From positions 276,481 through 340,480 of the forward strand of contig JAAOMT010000414.1 of NCBI GenBank assembly GCA_016748015.1: 64,000 bases of DNA, read 5' to 3'. Below, piece after piece: positions 39,920 through 53,267 of this stretch (positions within the stretch are counted from its first letter, which is position 1; each line of letters opens with the position of its first letter). Origin of the DNA: Geosiphon pyriformis uo1 (taxonomy: Eukaryota > Fungi > Glomeromycota). Made by a program: the position numbers and the translations under genes. A model generated the notes under the pieces. The model was not told where the DNA came from, did no database searches, and saw only the letters and a program-made list of their open reading frames with translations.

Positions 39920-42900
39920 GTGGTGACAAAAACCCTTACCCTTACTGTTTTTAAATTCTGTTGTGCTATTTACACACAAAATCAAAGTGATTTTAGATTA
40001 CCAGAAAGGTGTTGTCCAGCAAAATTTCCTCTTACTTATTATATCAATGCCAGAATAAATTACCACATAGGAAAAAAAAACCACATGACACGAAACTTGG
40101 ATTGTATAGAGAATTATCACAATACACTACAAAGGAAATAGCAGTAATAGCCACAACTATTGTGAAAATCCATCACAAAATTGAGCAATACACCAATGAA
40201 AATTTTCTAATATCCACAGGAAACATTAGGAAATGTGCCAACAAAGCCAAAAAAAATTTAGAAACTAATCAAAAAAATCAGCAAAAATTAGAAACATCCG
40301 CCCAAATGCCCAAAAAAATGTTGTGCAATCAGTAAAGAAACAACACCTTCATTCGCTAGAAAAAAGATCTTACTATTTTTCCCCAGATAATAAAATTCAA
40401 CTCCCATTAGGAGCTGTATCATCATCTACATCAACCCCACAAACACCAAAAACTCTTAATTACACTGAAAAACTCAAACAACACAATTGGGGAGATATAT
40501 CAATTACAGGAAGATATTCATCACTATTTCAAAAACCCTTTTTTCAACCAAAATTTGGAGTGGAGTTTGAAAACCATGAAGAAGAGTCTGAATCAGAATC
40601 CAAAGAAACCAGTGAAAAACCAAGCACAAGACTGGTCATTAGAACAAGCAGCCAGTCCAGAAACCAAGAAACTTGTAATCAAGAAAAAGAACTGAATATA
40701 AGAAAAACCATCTTTAGAGATGCTCAAGAAAATATCATTCCACCTCTTTTTAGACCAATAAACCCACCAGCAGGAAACAATGACAAAATGGCCACACTGT
40801 ATATCATGCGATTAACAGATTTCTCAAGAGAGAAAGAAAAAACAGATGTATATATGTGGCTTAGAGAAGCACAAAAAGCCATCCAGGCAAATAACTGGAA
40901 TGATCAAAGAGCAATTTAAACATTACCTTTCTTTTTAAAAGAAACTGCTGACTTGTGGTATCAAAGTTTGGAAACAAAACCCATGAGTTTTGCCCAATTC
41001 AAAAACACACTCTTGGAGTATTTCAGTGATCCAAACGCCGTAATCCAACTACAAAATGAATTCAATACTATCAAACAAGGTACAGGTAAAACTGTCACCC
41101 AATACCTTGCTCGATTCAATCAAATTTGCTGTTAGATTGAAGCAATTGAGCAAGGATACTATATGGATCCTCAGGTTTTAAATCAGTTTATTAGAGGATT
41201 AAAAAGCAGCATTTTAGGAAGAGTTCACTCTGTCCACCCTAATTCCTTACCAGAAGCTATTACGCTTACTAAAGCCCTTGAATCGGCTAAGAAAGAAGCT
41301 AATTATAGTCAAATGGTTAACATAATAATAGAGAAAAATAAGACAGAAACATTAAAAAAAAGAGTAATGCAATTAGGGGAGGAACTCTCTAAGAAAATAG
41401 AAAGTTACCTCATCCTAGATCCAAGAAGAAATACATATCAACCACCCCAAAGACACAGCCAAGAAGTCAGTGACAGTTGAAATAATTGCTCATTATACCA
41501 GGAATTCAGAACAGAAATGTGCACCTGCCATTTTTGCAAATGTATAGGACATTTAATTAGTCAATGTTGAATGCGAATGATGTAGAAAGCATGTGAAAAT
41601 AATTATTACGTACCACCCCAAATGCTCAGAAACTAGTACATGCTAATATCACGCCAATATCCCACCACATATCAAAATCAAAGAACTTACAAGCAACAGC
41701 TCATAATAGCCAACCCGAATTGGTGTCCTGAGTCCCAAAATCAGCCCATGTAGAACCAAAATGCGTTGGTCCAGAGGAATCCAAATCATGCTGGAACCAG
41801 TCAGTAAACTAATCCAAACTACCAAAATTATCAACAAACTTACCTTAATATACCAGAAAATCTGATCATTGGAAACAATAATGGTAAAAACATAAACAGA
41901 ACCAAAAATTTCTCCAACAAATTAAGCCAAACAATACCACCAGCAGTTGTCACCAAAGATAGCAGCCTCACAGCTATTTTTCCTTTTGAATTAAAGAAAA
42001 ACAAGGCTATATTCAATGGAGTAGCATTGGACAAAAAATGCCCAATCACTGCTATTTATACGGAAGCCACTATAAACAATATCTCAATCAAACTTATCTT
42101 AGATAGCAGATCCACTGGAAGCATCATAATGCTTCAACTAGTAAACCAACTGGGTTTCAAAGTTAATTGTGCTGCGATGTCCCAAATCATAACAGCCAAT
42201 AGAAATACAAAGCTGCCTCATGGTGAAATTGACTCATTTTCTTTCAAAATTAATGGCATAGTAATACCTACAAAAGTATTAGTAATGGATGCTACACAAT
42301 ATCAAGTGTTAATAGGGAATGACTGACTAACAAAAGCCAACACCATTTTAGACTGGACCACCCAAGAGCTTCTGATCAATTATAATAGCCACCAGACCAG
42401 AATTCCAGTCACTTGTGGCCACTTCCAAAAACCCAGCACCAACCAAAAACCTACTTTCAAATTTGAGGAAAATTCAACACTACCAGTCATCAAAACCTAT
42501 CAGCTCTTTTGGGCTGATGATCAAAGAGCAGGACTACCAGCCGTACTAACGTGGACCAGTAAAGAAAGATCTGAATGGAACCAGGTAAGTCCACAAAAAA
42601 ACCACCAATGATGCAGACCAAAGCTAGAATACTCGGTTTGCAAGAAAAAACTCTCGTCTATAACTGTATGCAGCACACCAAACAAAGACCCAAAAAACTC
42701 CACCCATTACTATTGTAACTGTTATAACAAAAAAAAATACAGTTATCCAGAAAGACATGGAAAATGGGACAAAAAACTGTGTCTCACTTGTGGAAAACTG
42801 TTACCAAGAAAGTGTGACTGGAATGACATACCAGGCAGAGGAGGAACATGTGACACAACTTGCCAATACATGATCCTTATTTGTGACTGGGTAAGAGGAG

Positions 42901-45620
42901 GAATGTCATTCAAAGCAGCATTCAACAGAGTGTTAAAAAGACTACAGCACTACCCACATAATAAGAACAAGTTGTACAACATCACACAGACCAAAGTAAG
43001 AGAAGGAACTGCCGAAGAAATATGATATTAGAAAATGTCAGCCGAAATAGCCAATGAAGTTGCCAACTACAACATGTTTAATTCAGTGGACGAATTCCAA
43101 GAAAATTATCAACAGCTGTGTCTCACTCACCAAAAACAGGAACAATATCTCACCCAGATCAACACTTATCTTTGCAAGGACTGTCTTATTCCATGCCAAA
43201 GTCAGCACTATAAAGAGTGTTAATACAAAAAAGACTTAGAAAGAAAAATGAAAATTAAGAATCAGCAGTACCAAAATCAATCAATAAATCAACAAAACTC
43301 ATCTGATGGTCCCAAGTCAGAAAAAATTTTAGCCTATACTGATCTAGATCAGGAGATCAGCATCCAGTACTATGACAATGGGCACTTAGGAATAGTACCC
43401 AAAAGAGCTCATCCAACTGATGCCAGATTTGATCTATGGTATCTGGAAAACCAATCCATGACGTTGCCACCCAGGAGTATTACTAAAATTGACCTAAAAA
43501 TAGTGGTTGAAATTCTACCAGGAATAATGGTTCAAATAGCATCACAATCAAGCCTCGTAAAAAAAAGAATAAGTGTTCAAGGAGGAGTAATTGACTCTAA
43601 ATACACTGGAAATTTGATGGTTTTGCTACAGAACAATTCAAAAAAACCTTATATCATTAAATCTAAGGAAAAGATTACACAAGCAATTTTTCTATTATTG
43701 GTAAAAATTGGGAAATTTGTGCCAGTGGAAAATCATGAGGAATTGATACAAACAATAAAAGGAACTTTTGGTTTCAGATTGACAGGAAAAGGAGTTGAAG
43801 CAAATTTTGCTGAAACAATAAAAAAAAAAGGTGAATTAATTAAAACTGAGCAGTCAATTACACTCATGTCTTATGAAAAATCAGAAATTAAAATAAAAAG
43901 AACAATAAAAAATATAAATCTAATATTTGAGCCCCACCCAGAAACTTGCCAACAGTTTTCTATAGGACTTACTAATCTTTTTATTCCAGCTGACAAAACA
44001 CAATGGATAAAAATTCCTATCACAAATACTACAGAAAAGCTCATATATATTCCAGAAAACACCATTATAGGATACCTTAGAACAAAACTAGAAAATGCGT
44101 CAATACCACAAGAAATTCTAAATTTCCTAGAAATTGTTCTCTACTGTGAATTCACTTCAATAAATTGGCAACAACCATTGGAATGCTATCAATTTACACC
44201 AGAAAAATTGGCCAAATTAAAGATTGCAACAATGGATCCTGACCAACAGTGACAATTAAAAGCATTAATTTTAAAATACTTTGATATATTTTCACAAAAT
44301 GGCAAATTTGGAAGAACCAACTTGGTTTAATACCAAATCTCCACTGGGAACACCAGATTTGAAAAACAATGCACTTACCATGTCCCACTAATGGAGCATA
44401 ATTTTATCAGAGAAGAAGTCCAAAGCATGTTGGAAAAAAAAATAATTCAACCATCAATAAGCTCATAGTCCTTACCAGTTGTTTTAGTAAGGAAAAAAAA
44501 TGGAAAAATTAGATTTTGTGTCAACTATCACAAACTAAACAGCAAAACAACCAAAAACTCATACCCAATACTGTTAATTAATAAAATTTTCAACGTTTTT
44601 GGAGAAGCAAAATGGTTTTCTACACTTGACTTGACCAGTGGATACTGACAAGTGAAAATAGACCCAAAAGACAGGCATAAAACAGTATTCACAATACAAA
44701 ATGGCAATTATGAGTTCAATGTAATGCCATTTGGATTGATAAATGCTCCCACAACATTCCAAAGACTAATAGATGTAATTTACTCTGGAATTCTGTGGCA
44801 ATCTGTTGTTGTCTACTTGGACAATACAAATGTTTTCTCACCAAAATTTGCAGATCATCTCCAATATTTACAACAAGTTTTTGAGAGATTGAGACACACT
44901 GGACTTAAATTAAATTTAGAAAAATGTTTTTTTGGAAAAAATGAGCTAGCATTTCTAGAACACATAGTTGGAAAAGATGGAATAAAACCAGATTCATTAA
45001 AAATAGACAAAGTAAAAAATTTTCCAGTATCTCGAAATGTTTTAGAAGTTAAAAGCTTTTTAAGACTTGCATCTTACTACTGCCACTTTGTAGAAAACTT
45101 TTCAAACATTGCCAAACCTCTTAATTATCTATTATCTAAAAATGTGAAATTTGAATAGACCAAAACACAGCAAAAAGCTTTTGAGTACCTTAGGCAAAAG
45201 CTTATTAAATCACCAATAATGATCTATTTGGATTTCAACAAAAAATTCATTTTGGCCACAAATGCCTTTGGAACTGGACTTGGAGCCATTTTTTCACAAA
45301 AAAATGATAATAGAAGAGAACGTGTAATTGCTTATGCCAGTAGAAGTCTCAGTATGACAGAGCAAAACTATGCAGCACACAAATTAGAATGCTTAGCAGT
45401 AGTCTGAAGTTGCATTCACTTTGACACATATTTACTCTACAAACCCTTTGATATTACCACAGATCATAGAAGTCTGGTCTGGTTAAATAACAAGAAAGCG
45501 CTGAAAAAAAAATATGTTAGATGGTCACAAATATTAACACCATACAATTATATCATCAAATACAAAGAAGGTGCCAAAAATGCCAATGCTGACTGTTTGT
45601 CAAGAATGAAACACATGTAA
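39920..45620 (+). pseudogene. Gag-pol polyprotein (gag, aspartic protease, Cys-rich domain, dUTPase, RT, RNase H), broken by nonsense mutations
   Basis: ORF pieces starting at 40323, 40953, 41163, 42027, 43035, 43248, 44652 and 45219 are all in one frame. PR LILDSRSTGS; RT VMPFGLINAP, VYLDN; RH ATNAFGTGLGA, IAYASRSL, LECLAVV; ends DCLSRMKHM*. Confidence 0.92.
43392..43790 (+). pseudogene. dUTPase domain within the Gypsy pol
   Basis: Five degenerate dUTPase motifs in order: PKRAHPTDARFDL, IASQSSL, GVIDSKYTGNL, KITQAIF, KGTFGFRLTG. Confidence 0.88.
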
Positions 45621-45931
45621 AAATCATGAACTTACCTATCAATTAGAGTAATTGACAAAGCAACAATTCAACAATTAAAATGTTTTATTAGAAAAACCAA
45701 CAGTACATTCAATTCAAAAAGCAGTTTATGGAATTTTCAAAGCATTTGAAAATTGTCACAAAGTATTACTGGATCCAACCATAAACATAATAACAACCAA
45801 CAGTATTAGACAACTTACCAACTTAAAATTTCAAAAATTACAATAACAAGTTAATAATACAGTATTGGACTACTATAGCAACTTAAAATTCAATAAAGAA
45901 ATTAACTTTGATTTTGATGGAGCTCAATCTT

Positions 45932-45943
45932 GAAAGGAGGGGA
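45932..45943 (+). promoter_or_regulatory. Polypurine tract
   Basis: GAAAGGAGGGGA immediately before the 3' LTR. Confidence 0.85.
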
Positions 45944-45946
45944 TAA

Positions 45947-46752
45947 TGTTATAGTTCAAGAATTTAATAGGAATTATAAATAATATAAATTAGCCAATCA
46001 TGAAATAGCACAGCAACAAGTTATAAAAAAGAAATGATTTACAAATAACAGCAAGTACTATTTTACAATAGCAGCAAGCACTATCATGCAAAAGCAGCAA
46101 GCACTATTTAGAAATAACAGAAATAGAGTATTACAAAACATTATTTTGTAAAACAATAATTATATATATATACAATAGTTTTTAATGATGAAAAATAGAA
46201 CAAGCTTTAACTAGAAGCAACAAATATCTAAATAAAATCTTATTCAAAAAGAATTAATAAAAAATAATAATAATAAATTGAATGAACATCACAATTACGA
46301 AATTAACAATAAAATTCACATACTTTCTCTAATGAATGAAACTATTATTCTATCTTTAAACCCTTTGGAAGAATAATCTCTGATTAAGATTATTCATGTG
46401 ATTACTAATTAAATTGAAAAAAAAGCTTTATTATATACTTAGGGAAATCACAAAAAGACTATTAACATTCTGTGTTTCTAGATTAAAGAAACACATCAGG
46501 CAATTGTAAAAATAGCCTCAAAAAAGACCTCAGACAGCAGATAGATTTCAGATTAGCCTCTGGGAAAGAGTACACAACATACAAAGACAATTAGAATTAA
46601 AGAAAAGACTTACATTACAACATCAAGAAAAAACCTTCAGTATATCATCATTAATATTCAACACATAAAATAGAGAAACCCACGAGAGACTAATTGCAAT
46701 TAAAATGGGAGATCAACAATTAAAATATACCAAGAAAACCACTCCTGTAACA
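45947..46752 (+). repeat. 3' LTR (806 bp; three 23-bp repeats)
   Basis: Direct repeat of the 5' LTR, preceded by a PPT. Confidence 0.95.
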
Positions 46753-49700
46753 TTATCAACAATAGCAATTTTGGAAACAAAATTTTCATAGCTGTTACTA
46801 TTTTCAGAAACCAGGTCATATTTTTAGAAATTGTTATAAGAAATTGGCAAACCAAAACTAAAAAAGCCAATATTTATAACAACTCAAACATTTTCAATCT
46901 GTGGAACTCCAATATTTTTCATCTTAATATTAATTACAGTATTTATCTTAACTGCTTCAGAGTTATTATCAATAATCATTAGCAATAACACAAATAACAT
47001 CTTAATATCAAGTCCTATTATATAATAACTTCAAATCTTAAGCTATTGACTACAATTAAGAATAGTGAAATCACAATAAAAACCAGATACAATTCAATAG
47101 TAAGCCATTTAAATTAGTAAATCAAAACAACATACTATCCTAAGCAGTACAAACTAAATATTCAAATTAGACCTTATATTTTGGTTTTATAAAAACATCA
47201 AATTTTGGTAATACTACACTTTTAAAAAGAAAAAATGTAGTTGAAATTACCAATTCTTTTTCTCTTAACTTCAATTGGACTGCTAATCTAATTTTTTTTA
47301 CCACTATTACTAAAGATAATACATTAGCTACTATATTTTTATTTAATATTAACAGTCTAAATACCACTGATTTTTTCAATAATACTGCTATTAATTAGAA
47401 TAAGCCAATTATAACAATATGCACTAATACTAAAATAAAACAATAAAACATTAAATTAATATTCAACAATAAATCCACAAGCAACATAATCACAAAACAA
47501 CTCATAGACCAACTAAGTTACCAAATAAATTGTGCAGCTACCATTAGAATAATTACTACAGATAGAAATATCAAAACACTAATAGAAAATATTAACAATT
47601 TTTTTTTGAAATTAATAATATTCAAATCTCAAAAAAAGTATTTATTATGAAAGTTACTCAATACTAATCTTTAATTAAAATGATTGGCTATTTAAAGCCA
47701 ATACCATATTAGACTAAAATACTTAAAAACTCCAAATCATTTTTAATAGACAATATGCTTGAATATTTATTATGTATAAATATTTTAGAACTTAAATTTT
47801 AGATTAATTACTAATTAAATTCAAAAAAATAGTTTCACAACCAACATTGAAGACTTATCAAGTATCTTAAACCAAAAATTTTAAGACAAAGCTATGATTA
47901 TTTTTTACATAAAAAAAAAAAAAAAAAAAAAAAAACAAGATAACATCTTACTTTTAGCTATTATTTCTATATATTGGCATTATATTATTACTGAAAAAAG
48001 AAATTTAACTTATTATTGACCAAAATTAATATGTGTTAATTGTAAAAAGAAATTGTTATTAATATGTACTTGCTATAATAATAATAAAAACTGACCAATA
48101 ACTACTAAATATTACTGCCACTTATGTATTTTTGAACACTTTAGATAATCTAAATAACAAAGAAAATAAGACAATAAATCTTGTTTTGTATATAAACAAA
48201 CTCTTTTTAATGAAGAAATATGGAATAACATTTTTAAGCAAAGCAAAATATGTAACAAATTATGTTAATATACTATTTTTATCAACAACTGAGTAAGTAA
48301 AAAAATGCTTATAAATACCATATAATAAAAAAATCTTTTATGATTAGACAGTTATCTACATAATAAAGATAAAATCTAAAAAATAGCAAATGCCAAAGTT
48401 GAAAGTATAACATTAAATAAAATTTTAGAAATAAAAAGCAATTTATCAAAGCCTATTAAGATGCATTATATTCTTAACTTTAATATTTTTGGTCTTAGTA
48501 TAAGTAACTTAGAGCAATTTTATATGTATTATTAAGAGCTTTTTTCCTATTCAAGAAGAACAAAAACAAAGATTAATTGATCTTAATAGAAAGTTGTGTA
48601 ATCATTATCTGATCTTTTATTACTTTTAATATTGTAATGAATGTAATCTGTTAATTAACTTACCTCCAAAAACACTATATTTTATTCTAAAACTAACAAA
48701 ATTCAAGAAAAAATATAAATTTACAGCAGAAAACATATTGTTTATAGAGCTGAGTAAAATTATCAAAATAAAACAGTATCTTGCTTATTCTGATCTTTTC
48801 AAGAAGTTGGAATTAAAATAGTATAGTAATAACAACAAAAAAATATGCATTAAAAAAGCATATATAAATAATATGAAATTCAATTTAAGATATTCCAGAC
48901 AATTTTTTATAGTTATAACAACCTATTTTCTTGTAAAAATAGATCTTAAAATAGTTTTAAAAATTTTTATTAGCATTATAGTCTAAGTTGTATTCCAGTC
49001 TAGTTTTACAAAAAAAAAATTGATGTAAAAGAAAAAATTATTAATGCAGAATATACAAAGAACATATTGTAATATTATAAACCAATTTTAATAAATTTTA
49101 TATGATTAAATTACAAAAAAAAATTGTTTAAATTATCTTTCTGTCTTTTATAAAAATACCACAATTAATCACAATCACCATGTGTAAAAAATTAGGCCTT
49201 ATTGCTTAAGAAATTAAAGAGTTTAGATTAAGTAGAAAAAAAAATATACCAATTAATTTTATAAAAAATAATAGTAACAAGATAGAACTTATCTATATAA
49301 CACAATCATTTTTATTTCTTTGTATTGACAGTATATTTTAAAAATAAATCAGAAAATTCAGAATCAAGTTTTATTATTTAAAGCTAATCCAAAAATCTGT
49401 TTTCTAGTCAATATTGCCAATTTATATATATTTATCAAAGTTCACAAACACTTTAAGATATCTATCTACAATCTTATTGAAAATACTATTAAAATTGTCA
49501 AAAAAACTCTTATTGGCTCTATTTTTTTAAACATTTAAAATTCTAAAAAACTCCAGTCTATTTTAGACTTTGCATAATTGTTTTTATTTTGTAATATTAT
49601 CTTACAAGTATAAGATTTGTCAAAAAAAAGCTATTTGTTCATATCAAAAAAGATTGCTAAACTAAATCTGAAAAATTTGAGTATACTATAGCAAATGCAA

Positions 49701-51930
49701 CTTAAAGTTCTCTTGAACTAATATGCCAATATTTTTGTTAGCAAAAATAAATTCAGACAAACTAATATCATAAAATATTAGATTAACATAAAAAATGCCT
49801 AATCTATTAAGTAATAAGTCTACTAAGTAACCGCAATAAGCAACAATTTATTTAAACCAAAAATACAACAAATATTAAATAACAAATTGATTAAAAAATT
49901 ATTAAGCTCTTAATTCTTTCTATTAATATTGGTTACCAAAAAAAATGAAAAAATATGGTTTTGTATAAACTATCAAAAGCTTAATAGTATTATTCAAAAA
50001 AATAGCTATTCAACTTTTTTCATTTAAGAAATTCTAAATAATCTAGAAAATAAGAAATGATTTTTATTATTGAATCTAGCCAGTAAATATTGACAAGTTA
50101 AAATAAATTCCAAAAACAAAAAAAGACAACATTTACTATTTAAGATAGAAATCTTGAATTTAATGTAATGCACTTTAAACTTTGCAATGCTCCAGCTACT
50201 TTTTAATATTTTATAAATGTTATGTACAAAAAAATTCTTTAGAAATTAATTGTAGTATATTTGAACAATACCAATGTATTTTTTAAAACTTTTGATAACT
50301 ATCTGTTCTACTTTCATTAAGTTTTTAATTGTCTTTGAAGTGTCAAACTAAAACTCAACTTAAACAAATGTTTTTTTGAAAAAATTGAACTAAAATTCTT
50401 GGAACATATAATAAGCAAAAATAGAGTAAAACCAAATTTTAACAAAGTCAAAAAAATCAAAAACTTCTTAGTTTTAACCAACTTATAAGAACTAAAAAAA
50501 TTTTTAAAATTGGTTAAATATTATTGCAGATTTTTAAAGACTTCTTAGATATTACAAAACCACTCTATTATTTGCTGTCAAAACATATTCTGTACTTATA
50601 AAAAAAGATAATAAGAGACTTTCAATTATCTTAAAAAATGCCTAATAGAAGCACTAATATTAATTTATTTAGACTTTAATTATTGTTGCTATAAATATTT
50701 TAAAGAATACACTAAGAACTATTTTGTTACAAATTAGACCAAACAATTAAGAATATCTAATTACTTATACCAATTGCAATACTAGTACAACAGAAAAAAT
50801 ATATAGCACAATAGATTTAAAATGTTTTACCATTTACTGGATAGTACAAAATTAGAAACACTATCTTTGCTAATTATTTGACTTATATATAGATTACAAA
50901 AGACTTATTTAATTACTTAGCAAGCCACAATTAGAAGAAAGATATACATAATAGAGTACTTATTTACAACAATTCTCATACAAAATACATTATAAAAAAA
51001 GAGCCAAAAACACTAATGCTAACAGTTTGTCAAAAATAACACAAATTTAATTCTGGACTTATGAACACAATTACTTATTAGTAATTATATTAATATTTAT
51101 TAACATTTTAATTTAAGGAGAAATTATCTTAACAAAAACAAAGTATTATATAGAAACAAATTCACAATTACTTTATTTAAAACAACTAACTATATTGTTG
51201 AGAATACTAAAACTATATTACTTCACAATAAGTTATAAAAGACAATAAAAGAGAAACTGTTTTGCATAGTATATATTTTGATCCAATTACAAAACACTTT
51301 AACAAAAATATTACTTTGAAAAAGACAATAAATTTATAGTATTGACCAACAATATATAAAAATATTTTTGAATATGTCATTAATTATAATTTATGCCAAC
51401 AAAAAAGAGAAGCCAGAATAATAGAACTACTTTAATTTATTTTAGTTGAAAATTTTTTTAATAGAATTAGAATCAATTTGGTTGGTTTTTTCTCAATTAC
51501 ATTCAAAAAAAAATTATTATATTGATGTAACTGTAGATTATCTTACCAAATAGTCTGAAGCCAGTATTATTTAAATTGTCAATACTAGAACAATAGTCAA
51601 ATTTATATATCAAGATTTAATTTGCTAATATAAATGCCTAAAAAAATTGTTATCTAACCAAAAAACTTATTTTGTTAATAGTACATTAACCAAATTAAGT
51701 CAACAATTTAAAATAAAACAACTCTTATTTTCATTTTACTATCTATAAACAAATAGACTAGTAGAAAAATTTAACTAAACATTATATAAAACATTAATAA
51801 AAATAAGTTATAAAAATATGTAAGAATATAACTTATTTATATATTTTGTATTATTTGCATACCAAACATTAAAAGCAAAATACTATTCAGTTTAGACTAT
51901 TTAAATTAGTCTATAAAAAAAAGCCACTCT

Positions 51931-52960
51931 TAAAGTTTTAATGTTTAATCTGGTTTAGTTCAAGTTTGATTGAATTATTAAACCAAATTGAACTAAACTT
52001 GAACAGAAAATTTGGCAAAATTTTAAACTCAAACTTAAACCAGACTTAAAATTATTGAACTTGAACCAAATTTAAATACATACAACAAGTTTGGTTCAAA
52101 GTTTATAAACATGTTTAGGTTTAACTATTAAAAATATTATATTATTTTATATTATTATTTAATTTTTTTTTAATGGTCTCTGCATTTATAATTGAAAACA
52201 CTGTGCTGTTCTTATAGTTTTAAGTACTAAGCAAGACTTCATATCTGTAATTATATTTCTATTTGCAAAAAAGATACATTTAGAAACAACAAATAATTTT
52301 TGAATTGCCAAATAATTATAAGTTATATATATAAGACAAAGAAATTGTGTTTGATGTATATAAATATCAAATTATTAATAAAATGTTAATTGAGATAAAT
52401 ATTTTTTGTAATATACTTTCTACTATGCTATTATATCTATTTTTTTATTAGCCATTTTTTTAAAAATATAATAATCAGTTTTATTAAGTTTTTTTTCTCA
52501 TTATTATCAAATCTACTTCTAATATAAATTATATGACTAATGTTATAAATATTATTAAAATTACCATTCAATAAAAATCTGTCATTTAATGTTAGTATAA
52601 TGTTTAATGTGTACTTTGTTTCAAAAAAAATATGTATTTTAAAGATTTATTTATTATGTAAAAGTTGGAAAATAAAACTATTTGAATAAATTAATAATTT
52701 ACAATTTTTTTATTTTATTAATATTATTATTTGAAAATTTTTTCTTTGTAAAATAATAGAATTTTTTTCTTGGATCCAATACAGTACAAAACATTATAGT
52801 TGTATTTGTTTTAAAATAATATTCAACCAACTTTCTTTTTACTGTTTTAGCTGCTGTAACAAGTAATGAATCTAATATTAAATATGTTAAATAAATAACT
52901 TAATAAATACAATCAAAATTATAATGCTTTACCAGATTTATTATTATTAACTGTGTCTTT
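51931..52960 (-). mobile_element. hAT DNA transposon remnant (3' end with subterminal repeats + transposase C-terminus)
   Basis: The reverse strand gives CTVLDPRKK (~52765-52790), IIA**K (WWK), a short intron, then HQTQFLCL..NYLAIQKLFVVSKCIF (decayed hAT dimerisation motif). Clustered GAAC/GTTC repeats at 51945-52125. Confidence 0.75.
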
Positions 52961-53267
52961 AATATAATTAAAAATAATATTGTTATGAATTAAAATAACA
53001 AACTAATGAATAGCAAAGAAGAACAAAATTGTAGAATAATAGAATTAATTAAAGAAAATTTAACTTTAAAAAGCAAATTAAATAAGTATGAATTTAATGT
53101 GTAAGATTAGTTTTATAAAATATCTCAGTTGTTATTTTTTAAAAGATAATCAGAGAATTTGAAAATAGAAAAATAGTCTGTACTGTCAACAAATAATAAC
53201 ACACTAGTATAATTCTATGTCTTATATTAACACTCTTAGAATTTTATATCAGATATTAGATGTATTC

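Larger units (their letters stand above)
39011..46752 (+). mobile_element. Two-LTR Ty3/Gypsy retrotransposon with dUTPase, lacking integrase
   Basis: LTRs 39011-39838 and 45947-46752 (TG..CA), PBS, PPT, gag-PR-ZnF-dUTPase-RT-RH. Probable 4-bp TSD CCAT/TTAT (differ by C>T). The flanks rejoin the host gag. Confidence 0.95.
37100..51930 (+). mobile_element. Old Ty3/Gypsy element (gag, PR, Cys-rich, dUTPase, RT, RH, separate IN), split by the nested element 39011-46752 and truncated by a hAT
   Basis: Gag 38300-39010 is homologous to 40800-41400. CCHC knuckle CYYFQKPGHIFRNC ~46790; PR ~47400-47750; PKLICVNCKKKL ~48020; dUTPase remnant ~48810-49240; RT VVYLNN ~50255; IN VDYLTK*SEA ~51535. 5' boundary uncertain. 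Confidence 0.82.

Noticed and set aside
47911-47935. Long A run as a retroposon poly(A) tail
   Set aside because: It lies colinearly within the old Gypsy pol linker with no TSD or tail, and is best explained as G>A decay of a purine-rich Lys/Glu tract.
52960-53260. Possible coiled-coil gene fragment on the plus strand
   Set aside because: Too short and decayed to assign.
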